From Candidatus Omnitrophota bacterium (GTDB lineage: Bacteria; Omnitrophota; Gorgyraeia; Gorgyraeales; Gorgyraeaceae): DNA of 64,000 nt. Below the pieces are notes generated by a model that worked only from the letters and a program-made list of their open reading frames with translations, was not told where the DNA came from and ran no database searches. Shown piece after piece: positions 42,677 through 50,426 of this stretch. The stretch is taken from assembly GCA_030649895.1 (NCBI GenBank), contig JAUSEX010000052.1, forward strand, positions 80,988-144,987. The letters are read 5' to 3'. Position numbers and translations under genes: made by a program. Position 1 is the first letter of the stretch. Each line of letters opens with the position of its first letter.

Positions 42677-43708
42677 TTAAGCAGTTGCAGCTGCTAATTT
42701 AAATTTGTTAAAATCTTCAAATACCCAGTCGTTTTTCAGTGTCCGATAAACTATTGCCAGAAGCTTACGCGCGGTAGCGATTATTGCCTTACCGCTGCCC
42801 TTCTTTGTTTTAAGCTTCAAATAGAATCTTCGCAAATAATGATTGTACCGGATCGCAATAAGAGTCGATTGTACAAGCGCTGTCCGGGCGATTTTATTCC
42901 CCCTCTTGGTAATATTACCGTATTGACTTGTTTGGTTCGATACGTATACCCTCGGCACGATACCAAAGTAGGCGGCAAGCTTTTTATCATCGTCAAAGTC
43001 TTTGACATTGCCTATGGTATTTAAGAGAATCGTTGCTGACAGATCGCCTATTCCTGTAATGGATGTGAGATTCTTATGTCCGGGCAGATTCTTGCCCCTA
43101 TCGGTGAGCTCTTTATTAATCTCATCTATAGATTTATTAAGGCTCTTTATCTGGTCAACAATGATCCGTATCTCAAAGAGGTCAGATTGATCGAGATTCA
43201 TAGAGAGCACCTTATCAAGCGCCTTGTCGCCGCCAAACATCTCTTTCGAAGTAACGATACCACTCGCGTTTAAGATATTGTGAATCTTGTTCTTGAGCGT
43301 GGTTCTGAGCTTTACAAATTTATCCCTCGTTCCGATTAGACTTGCGAGTTTTGCTTCTTCTTTAGACCTCATTCTCACCTCTGGGATGAGCCCTTTTGAA
43401 AGATAACGGGCTATCGTTATCGCGTCATGCTCATCCGTCTTCTTCACCGATTCCGATATGATCTTGAACTGAATCGGATTTATGATACGAACCTTGCCAA
43501 CAGATCCTTTTACTTCCCTGGCAAAGTAACCGGTGTTACCAGTTGACTCAACCGCTACCTCGTCTTGTTTTGTTAGCGTCTTCTTAAACACTTCAACATC
43601 TTCCGGACTCACCCTGAAGGTTTTGAGATCGTGTTCACCTTTCCTCTGCATATAACATACGGTGAAGCTATTCTTATGCAGGTCCACTCCTATAAACCTT
43701 TTCATCAC
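42677..43708 (-). CDS. IS110-family DEDD recombinase/transposase
   Basis: GVDLHK, VESTG, KKTDEHDA (D-E-D-D), SITGIG, GIVPRVYVS, ITKRGN, AIIATARKL. Confidence 0.95.
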   Translation of the reverse strand: MMKRFIGVDLHKNSFTVCYMQRKGEHDLKTFRVSPEDVEVFKKTLTKQDEVAVESTGNTGYFAREVKGSVGKVRIINPIQFKIISESVKKTDEHDAITIARYLSKGLIPEVRMRSKEEAKLASLIGTRDKFVKLRTTLKNKIHNILNASGIVTSKEMFGGDKALDKVLSMNLDQSDLFEIRIIVDQIKSLNKSIDEINKELTDRGKNLPGHKNLTSITGIGDLSATILLNTIGNVKDFDDDKKLAAYFGIVPRVYVSNQTSQYGNITKRGNKIARTALVQSTLIAIRYNHYLRRFYLKLKTKKGSGKAIIATARKLLAIVYRTLKNDWVFEDFNKFKLAAATA

Positions 43709-43937
43709 TACACCCTTCCTTTCTTTGGTTGTAGCCTTCGGAGTAGAGCTATATTTTGGTGAACACCATCCTCCTATTCAGGGTCGATATATCGCCCTAT
43801 GGTGACTATTCGGTTATAGGTTTGATTAATCTCCTTAACGGGATCAATTAAGCCCCAGGCAAATAATACAACCTATAACCTATCTACTCTCCAGACCATG
43901 GTTTATTTTACCGATAATCCAGAGAACTTCACCAACA
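43709..43937 (-). ncRNA. Putative bridge/seek RNA in the IS110 upstream non-coding end
   Basis: About 230-nt non-coding end. It has a GU-rich 5' hairpin, an 11-bp perfect stem (43812-43822/43870-43880) and a CACCAT/ATGGTG stem, plus segments identical to the target (43831-43837) and donor (43771-43777). Ends are approximate. Confidence 0.6.
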
Positions 43938-43981
43938 TTATTTGACTTTTATCGTATCATCTCCTTATTGAGAGATATCTA

Positions 43982-44019
43982 CTTCTCGACTCGGCTTTCG
44001 CCTCGCTCGAAGAATATTA
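43982..44019. repeat. Junction repeat family A, copy A2
   Basis: cttctcgactc-ggctttcgcc-tcgctcgaagaatatta; 10 nt from the upstream gene stop. Confidence 0.9.
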
Positions 44020-44029
44020 GTTGCTTATT

Positions 44030-44515
44030 TTAAACCCTAATATATCCCGCTCTATCCTTACGTATCCATTCATCAACGATTTCCTGAAAAGGCTTTTTTT
44101 TCGTATATGGATCATACACGTCCATATTTATCAGTTTCATTATTGAGATATCATCCTGCCCGCAGCAATGCGAAGGCCCTAGAAATTTGAAATAATCATT
44201 TACTCCTGTCGCTATAAATTTTACGTTAAGATTTTGTAAAACAACGTCATTTCTGATCTGTTCCAGCGCCCTGAAAGCTAAAAAATTAACTATTGAATAC
44301 ACAATAGGCTTCAAGCCGCTTAAGCTCATACCGGCAGCAATCCCCACTGTCCCCTGCTCCATAATACCGCAGTTAATTATACGATTAGGAAATTCATTGC
44401 GCAACTGATCAATGGCTCCGAACCCCATATCGCAAACTAACAGATAGTAACTCTTATCTTCGCGAAAATACGGCACAATAGAATTTATAATATCTTTTCT
44501 GAAATTATTCTTCAC
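44030..44515 (-). CDS. Transketolase pyrimidine-binding subunit (short, no C-terminal domain)
   Basis: CDMGFG, NCGIMEQ..GIAAG, RALEQIRND, GPSH; probable GTG start at 44515 overlapping the N-subunit stop. Confidence 0.8.
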   Translation of the reverse strand: MKNNFRKDIINSIVPYFREDKSYYLLVCDMGFGAIDQLRNEFPNRIINCGIMEQGTVGIAAGMSLSGLKPIVYSIVNFLAFRALEQIRNDVVLQNLNVKFIATGVNDYFKFLGPSHCCGQDDISIMKLINMDVYDPYTKKKPFQEIVDEWIRKDRAGYIRV

Positions 44516-45335
44516 GGTATCCACGGCTTTTCCCCATAGATAATTCTTCCTGCGTAGGGATACGAAAATGAAACTTTGGAACATTTTCCATGCATTTTAA
44601 GCCAAACCCCTTTACTGTCTCAGCAATAATAATCTTCGGCCTGTTTTCAGTGAATGACTTGGCTATATTTACGCAATCAGCTAATTTTGCGGCATCGTGG
44701 CCAGGACACATGGCAGGCGATAAGCCAAATCCCTTTAGCCTTTTTACTATATCAATCTTTTCCCTATCAAGGACATTCTTAATAAAATCCATTGCCTGAA
44801 GCCTGTTGCAATCAATAATAACAATGAGATTTTTTACTTCATGTTTAACCGCAAACTGCAGCGATTCCCATGTTGTTCCTTCCTGCATCTCTCCATCTCC
44901 AATAACACAAAATGTATAGTATTTTTCTTTTTGTATCTGCGCGCCGAAAGCAAGGCCTACAGCCATAGGCAAACCATGGCCAAGAGAGCCGCATCCTGCT
45001 TCAAGCCCATATTCAATCCTGCGCTCCATGCACCCAAGCAATCCACTTTCTGCCTTATAAAAATTATGCCATTCTTTTTTTGGCAGGATATCCTTATCAG
45101 CCAAAATTGAATACAGGGCATAGCATCCATGGGCCTTTGAAAAAACCAGCCTATCTCTGTCCTTACATAAAGGATCATCCGCCTTATATGACATGCTCTC
45201 ATAATATAAAGCTACCAGGATATCAACGCATGACAATGAAGGCGCAATATGGCCCGCTCCATTACGAACAGCAACTTTTATAACATCATCCCTGATATAA
45301 TCTGCTTTTTCCCGTAAAAATGCGCCTGTATTCAT
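44505..45335 (-). CDS. Transketolase N-terminal (ThDP-binding) subunit
   Basis: GHIAPSLS, DRDRLVFSKAHG, GSLGHGL, GDGEMQEG..WE, TVKG. Confidence 0.92.
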   Translation of the reverse strand: MNTGAFLREKADYIRDDVIKVAVRNGAGHIAPSLSCVDILVALYYESMSYKADDPLCKDRDRLVFSKAHGCYALYSILADKDILPKKEWHNFYKAESGLLGCMERRIEYGLEAGCGSLGHGLPMAVGLAFGAQIQKEKYYTFCVIGDGEMQEGTTWESLQFAVKHEVKNLIVIIDCNRLQAMDFIKNVLDREKIDIVKRLKGFGLSPAMCPGHDAAKLADCVNIAKSFTENRPKIIIAETVKGFGLKCMENVPKFHFRIPTQEELSMGKSRGYREE

Positions 45336-45345
45336 AATGCCTTAC

Positions 45346-46413
45346 TCAAATAAAATTTACATGCTTAGGAGAATTCTTAAGTTCCCAAAGGTATCTATTA
45401 ATCTCATCCATCCTGCAATTTATCCTGCATTTAGATATATCGAAATCTTTTTCAAACCAATTAAGAGATTTTTCTCTTTTTTTCCCTTCCCAAATATCCT
45501 GAAATGATTGTTCATAAATATTGCCGTATAAAAATCTTTTATCCCCAAGATACACGCTGCATCCCCATACATTGCCTCCAGCATCAATATATGACCAGAA
45601 AGGAAGCGCAAAACAAGATTGATAATTTCGTTTATTGTCATCCCATTTTTTCATAGCGCGTATCCTGAATATAACATTAAAACTATCTGTATTAAATTTT
45701 CCCAGTTCATCTGCAAGGTATTCATAATCACTGTACTTTATAGAGCTAAACTTTGTTGTCCTGCTTTGAGGATGTTGAGAATACGGCTTTATAACCAAGT
45801 AATCCATTCCAATATCTTTGGCTAATTCCGCTAATTTAATAACCTCGCTAGCATTGTCAGGCAGTAATAAAAGTTGCATGCCTAAACTGCATTGGTATTT
45901 TTTCTTTTTTTTGAGCGCGGCCGCGTATGACATATTTTTTATGACTTTATCAAAATCATCTGGTTTACAACAATGTATTTTTGCATATGTTCCCCTGGTT
46001 CCGCCATTAATGCTCACCTTAATCCATTCCATGCTGCCAAGAGTTTCTTCTGCAATATCTTCAGTAAACAAAACAGCATTTGTAGTTACTGCAACATCTA
46101 TCCCTGATTTTTTAGTATGTTCTATTATTTCTGCCATTTGCTGATGTAGAAACGGCTCTCCTTCACCTGCATACATAATGCTTTTTAACCCAAGCTTCCC
46201 TAATTCCGCTAATCTTTCTTTCAATATATGACTGTCTAAATACCTGGATTTATATCCCATAAAATCCAGGCCGCAATACACGCACCTGTGATTACACGCT
46301 CCTGAAGGGCTTACTTCCATGTAAACGGGGTAAGTTGTTTTTCCCTCCAACCATTCATGCAGGCGATTGACATGATAAATAAGCTTATGGCTGTCTATCC
46401 TGTATTTATCCAT
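45346..46413 (-). CDS. Radical SAM protein with twitch/SPASM domain
   Basis: IDSHKL, CNHRCVYC, AGEGEP, CFALPF...VWGC...CRINC. Confidence 0.9.
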   Translation of the reverse strand: MDKYRIDSHKLIYHVNRLHEWLEGKTTYPVYMEVSPSGACNHRCVYCGLDFMGYKSRYLDSHILKERLAELGKLGLKSIMYAGEGEPFLHQQMAEIIEHTKKSGIDVAVTTNAVLFTEDIAEETLGSMEWIKVSINGGTRGTYAKIHCCKPDDFDKVIKNMSYAAALKKKKKYQCSLGMQLLLLPDNASEVIKLAELAKDIGMDYLVIKPYSQHPQSRTTKFSSIKYSDYEYLADELGKFNTDSFNVIFRIRAMKKWDDNKRNYQSCFALPFWSYIDAGGNVWGCSVYLGDKRFLYGNIYEQSFQDIWEGKKREKSLNWFEKDFDISKCRINCRMDEINRYLWELKNSPKHVNFI

Positions 46414-46984
46414 TTTTCTTCTCTATAATCATGTCGACCAAACAGTGGCAAATAGAATGATGGACCACCTCTACATGCCCATAACTTGCGGAAGACACAT
46501 AAAAATTCACATCTCCCAATTTTCTTAATGGGTTATTTTTATCAAAGCCTGAAAGGGTAACTATCCTGCATCCCTTCTTCTTTGCTGACTTTGCCCCAAG
46601 CAGGATATTTTCAGACCTGCCTGAACTGCTGATGGCTATCAGTATATCCCCTGTTTCGGAAAACATTTCGATAGGCTTTGAAAAAACATATCTATAGCCA
46701 AAATCATTGGAAACGCAGGTTAATAAAGAGGCATCATTGAAAGCGATAGCTTTTATACCGCCATTTTTCCAGAAATCAGTTGCTATGTGGCTCGAAATAG
46801 CCGCGCTTGCGCCATTACCGATAAAGATTAATTTATTGCCTGCTGCCCCCTTCTTCACTATAAGAGCAGCTGTTTCTTCTATACCTTCATAAAAATCCAA
46901 GGCTTTTCCATTTTTATCAGTAACTTTTACTGCCTGGATTAGATTCAAAAGGTTTTGATAATAATCCTTTGCAATTTTACGCAT
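46406..46984 (-). CDS. gmhA: SIS-domain phosphoheptose isomerase (GmhA-like)
   Basis: IGNGASAA, SND, ISSSGRSEN, YGHVE..H. Confidence 0.8.
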   Translation of the reverse strand: MRKIAKDYYQNLLNLIQAVKVTDKNGKALDFYEGIEETAALIVKKGAAGNKLIFIGNGASAAISSHIATDFWKNGGIKAIAFNDASLLTCVSNDFGYRYVFSKPIEMFSETGDILIAISSSGRSENILLGAKSAKKKGCRIVTLSGFDKNNPLRKLGDVNFYVSSASYGHVEVVHHSICHCLVDMIIEKKNG

Positions 46985-46992
46985 AAGAATCC

Positions 46993-48525
46993 CTATTTTA
47001 GAACTGTTTGGATAAACTCTATTAATTCGTGTTTCTCAACCGGCTTTTTATTGCAAACTATCTGAACAGCCAAAGCGCCTACTGCATTGCCTATAAATGA
47101 AACCAGCTCTAAAGGCATGCCCTGGGCAAAACAGGGCGCGGTAAAAGCAAAAAAGGCATCGCCTGCGCCTACAGTATCAACCACCTTTGAAGAAAAAATA
47201 GGGGTCTTGTTTATTTCATTATTCCTATTAATCCCTATTGAACCTTTTTTGCCTAACGTGGTAATAAGATAATCTGTATCTAAAATATTTGAAAGTTTTT
47301 TAACAACCTCTTTAATATCAGCAAACCTTTCCTGCGTTGCCCACCTTGCCTCTGTCTCATCTAAACAAACATAATTAGGATTATGATATTTGGTAATCAT
47401 ATTGTAGCCTGTATTAGCAGCGTTTGTCTGGGTATTAACCGCTATTTTTTTCGGAAGTTTTTCAATTATCCTGATCATCTTATTGGTAATAAAGCCATGG
47501 CCAAAATCAGAAACCAGCAACAGGTCATATTTGGGTATTTCTGATTTTAGATACGCTATAACCTCTGACTCACAATCCTTATTAATATAGCCTTCATTTA
47601 AATAATTAACCTCGAATAATTTCTGGTTAAGAGACTGGTCAATATATCTTTTCTTTATAATAGTAGGACCATCGTCTCTATGAAAAAATTTTGAAATGAT
47701 ATTTGATTTCAGGTTTTCGGATACAAAACCTTCGTTCGGATCATTCTTGCCTAATAAAGTCACAAACTGCACATTATCGCATAACCCCGCTACATGATTC
47801 GCTATTGCAAAAGCTCCACCCGCAAAAACCTCGCGGCTTAAATGCTTATTGACAACAAGGTTTGCCTTTGCAGCTTTCCCCATAGACGCGCAATAATTAT
47901 ATTCATCTATTATCCCCTCGCCAACAATCAAAACCTTCAGTTTTTTCAGGCTGTCAAGTTTTTCTGAAATAGCGGAAAATGTGTATTTACTGGAAAAATT
48001 TTTTAAAAAATCTTTGGTCTGCTTTGAATAGATGTTCAAAAAATTATTAATCACATCGGATTGATTAAGTAACTTGGTAGAGGAAAATACTACTTCATGA
48101 GTAAAGCAGACTTTAATACCTATTTCTTTTGCAATATCGTACTCCTTTTGAATTTTGCCTGTTTTATCTTCCAACTTCTCGAATTCCTGGCCCTTAACAT
48201 AGATGTCGGGCCTTATGAACCTCAAGAGTTCCTCAGCAGTCGGCCATTTATTAATAGCCGCGTAATCGACACACTCTAATGCGGCTATGGAATCTGCCCT
48301 CAAGTTTTCGCTGATTACCGGCCTACCAGGACCTTTATCCACAAATTTATCAGGAGTAACGGTAACGACCAGGATATCGCCCATTTTTTTCGCTTCCTGA
48401 AAATGTTTTATGTGGCCGGGGTGCATCAGGTCAAAACATCCATGGCACAAAACAATCTTTTTGCCTTTATTTTTAAGGCTATTTAAAATTTTCTGCAATG
48501 AATTCAGCTCAACTCTTTTTCCCAA
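46993..48525 (-). CDS. Bifunctional nucleotidyltransferase / PfkB kinase (HldE-like, reversed domain order)
   Basis: HGCFDLMHPGH and YVKGQE at the N-terminus; SDFGHG and DTVGAGDAF at the C-terminus; probable TTG start at 48525 after GGAGGA. Confidence 0.85.
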   Translation of the reverse strand: MGKRVELNSLQKILNSLKNKGKKIVLCHGCFDLMHPGHIKHFQEAKKMGDILVVTVTPDKFVDKGPGRPVISENLRADSIAALECVDYAAINKWPTAEELLRFIRPDIYVKGQEFEKLEDKTGKIQKEYDIAKEIGIKVCFTHEVVFSSTKLLNQSDVINNFLNIYSKQTKDFLKNFSSKYTFSAISEKLDSLKKLKVLIVGEGIIDEYNYCASMGKAAKANLVVNKHLSREVFAGGAFAIANHVAGLCDNVQFVTLLGKNDPNEGFVSENLKSNIISKFFHRDDGPTIIKKRYIDQSLNQKLFEVNYLNEGYINKDCESEVIAYLKSEIPKYDLLLVSDFGHGFITNKMIRIIEKLPKKIAVNTQTNAANTGYNMITKYHNPNYVCLDETEARWATQERFADIKEVVKKLSNILDTDYLITTLGKKGSIGINRNNEINKTPIFSSKVVDTVGAGDAFFAFTAPCFAQGMPLELVSFIGNAVGALAVQIVCNKKPVEKHELIEFIQTVLK

Positions 48526-49492
48526 TTCTATCCTCCGTTTTATTGATACCAAACCATAAAGCCGGAATCGTGTCAGCATGGCAGCCTCTTATGTAAAAAC
48601 TTTTGCCACCATCAGCTACTGTGCGGACAAGCATGGTCTTCCATGGCCTGAAATAGTAATCAGCTTTATTTTTTGGCGGTTCTTTTTTAAATATTTTCTG
48701 GAGCTTCACAAGGTCACAAACAAGAGTAGTAAAATGTTTTATTTCTTCGCCGCGCTGGCGGGCTGCATTTCTGGCCATACTCAGGGCTTTTAGAAAAACC
48801 TCAGGCGCCATTACAGAGCTGCCGAAATTCATAACCACGCCATTTTCAAAGTTCTGGGCTACTGAAACAAATTTAAGAAAATCATTATATGAAAGGCCGC
48901 CTGTAGCTGCGCCATTACAATTAGGATGCTCATGTACAATATCATAACCTATGCCTATATGAATAGTTACAGGAATATTTAAACGGTAGGCCCAGGCTAA
49001 AATACTGATAGATTTATGCGCTAAACTCTGTTTTTCTATATAACTGCCGACTGCTTCACCCATGCCTATACTGCTATTTTCAGCGTAAGCTTTATTAATA
49101 ATATCATTTAATATGCCTGTCTCCTGCCATAGACCAAACTGACCTTCTTTTATATATCGACTCACGCTTTCTGTCGTAGCTCCTATCAAGGCAAACTCAA
49201 AATCGTGAATCATACCTGCGCCATTCATGGCAATGCATGACACATAGCCTCTTTTCATAAGGTCAATAATATAATTCTGCACACCAGATCTAATAACATG
49301 CGCCCCAATCATTAATATAATTGCCTTATGTTCCTCTTTGGCGCAAATAATATCTTCGCAAACCGGAAGCATTCTTTTGGTCAGGCCAGGCGCGCTATTA
49401 GAAGTCAAGGGTTTTATAACCGAAAGATTTAAATCGTGTTTTCTTTCTGCCAAAGGTTTAATATTAAGAATGGATCTGTCGAATAGCTGCAT
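48509..49492 (-). CDS. Deoxyhypusine-synthase-like hypothetical protein
   Basis: IGAHVIRSG, MNGAGMIHDFE, GQFG..ETG, PVTIH..IG.DI.H, GSSVMAPEVFLKAL. Confidence 0.6.
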   Translation of the reverse strand: MQLFDRSILNIKPLAERKHDLNLSVIKPLTSNSAPGLTKRMLPVCEDIICAKEEHKAIILMIGAHVIRSGVQNYIIDLMKRGYVSCIAMNGAGMIHDFEFALIGATTESVSRYIKEGQFGLWQETGILNDIINKAYAENSSIGMGEAVGSYIEKQSLAHKSISILAWAYRLNIPVTIHIGIGYDIVHEHPNCNGAATGGLSYNDFLKFVSVAQNFENGVVMNFGSSVMAPEVFLKALSMARNAARQRGEEIKHFTTLVCDLVKLQKIFKKEPPKNKADYYFRPWKTMLVRTVADGGKSFYIRGCHADTIPALWFGINKTEDRIGKKS

Positions 49493-49505
49493 AAAACTGC
49501 CTTAA

Positions 49506-49546
49506 CTTCTCGACTCGGCCCTTCGGGCCTCGCTCGAAGAATATTA
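49506..49546. repeat. Junction repeat family A, copy A3
   Basis: cttctcgactc-ggcccttcgggcc-tcgctcgaagaatatta; 11 nt from the upstream gene stop. Confidence 0.9.
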
Positions 49547-49557
49547 TAATAGCAGAG

Positions 49558-50178
49558 CTATGCTCCGCTACTCCCTTTTAATTTTTTAAGATAATCTGTA
49601 AAAAAAGCGTAAAGGCTTACAAGTAAAAATATTAAAAGGCCCGCGATAAATACCTTTCTTAATATCTGCCTTGATTCTCTTTTTCCGTATACAGCGGGGT
49701 CAAGAACTTTTGCCATCGGTTTAGAGGGAGTAATATTCAATTCTGCATTGATTTTATCAAGGTTCTGAATAGTGAAATTAGCCACTTTTTCAGTAAGCGC
49801 AGGGTCATTGCCCTTTATATCCATAGCAAGGCCCGCTGTCACAGTATGAATTATCATAGAGTACCTAAAATTTTGTTTTTTATTAAACTCTAAAAATTGC
49901 GCTATATCTTTAGCCATGCGATTACTATTAAGCATAGAAATGATAATATCGTTTGAAGAGCTAGCTATATTAGAAATACCTAAAAATTTTCCTATAGAAG
50001 ACGCTGTGGTAGCAGATGTATCAGCAGAAATAATACTAACCGTGGAAACATATGTTACAGGAAGCAACATAGAGAATATAGTAGTGAAAAACATAGCTAT
50101 CATCATTAATTTAACAATATTTTTCCACCATTTCTTATACATATTTATATAATATAGTATATTAAATTCATATTCCAT
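49558..50178 (-). CDS. Wzz/GumC-like chain-length regulator (short)
   Basis: Two TM helices, LPVTYVST, S.RMA, VLDPA before the C-terminal TM. Confidence 0.7.
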   Translation of the reverse strand: MEYEFNILYYINMYKKWWKNIVKLMMIAMFFTTIFSMLLPVTYVSTVSIISADTSATTASSIGKFLGISNIASSSNDIIISMLNSNRMAKDIAQFLEFNKKQNFRYSMIIHTVTAGLAMDIKGNDPALTEKVANFTIQNLDKINAELNITPSKPMAKVLDPAVYGKRESRQILRKVFIAGLLIFLLVSLYAFFTDYLKKLKGSSGA

Positions 50179-50216
50179 ATATGGCTCCTAAGGTTATAAA
50201 AAATATAAACCACCTC

Positions 50217-50251
50217 AACCCCGTAGGAGGCCTACGGCCACCTACGGGGTT
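50217..50251. repeat. Palindrome family B, copy B1
   Basis: aaccccgtagg-a-ggcc-tac-ggcc-a-cctacggggtt. Confidence 0.85.
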
Positions 50252-50270
50252 AATAACTCAATAAGGTTTG

Positions 50271-50299
50271 ATTATAACGTATTTTAGGGATAGGAGCAA
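50271..50299 (-). promoter_or_regulatory. Sigma70-type promoter upstream of the wzz-like gene
   Basis: Minus strand TTGCTC (50299-50294) - 17 nt - TATAAT (50276-50271). Confidence 0.55.
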
Positions 50300-50346
50300 G
50301 AGGAAATTTAGAGAAATTATTGACTGCTACGACACCGGATATTACC

Positions 50347-50397
50347 GCAAATCCACCTACAGGGAGGCCTGCAGCCACCCCGCGTAGGTGAATTTGC
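50347..50397. repeat. Palindrome family B, copy B2 (degenerate)
   Basis: gcaaat-c-cacctac-a-ggg-a-ggcc-tgc-agcc-a-ccc-cgc-gtaggtg-a-atttgc. Confidence 0.75.
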
Positions 50398-50426
50398 TTG
50401 GTCACCCCAGAGGAATCTCCGTCGCT

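Larger units (their letters stand above)
42631..43965 (-). mobile_element. Complete IS110-family insertion sequence (about 1.33 kb)
   Basis: Transposase; perfect 14-bp sub-terminal IR taaaagtcaaataa (42640-42653) / ttatttgactttta (43938-43951); flanking direct repeat ctcct at 42631-42635 and 43961-43965. Confidence 0.85.

Noticed and set aside
21514-45641. Short minus-strand ORFs nested in other frames (e.g. 21514-21774, 42817-43008, 44957-45202)
   Set aside because: They lie within longer motif-bearing genes and have no independent evidence.
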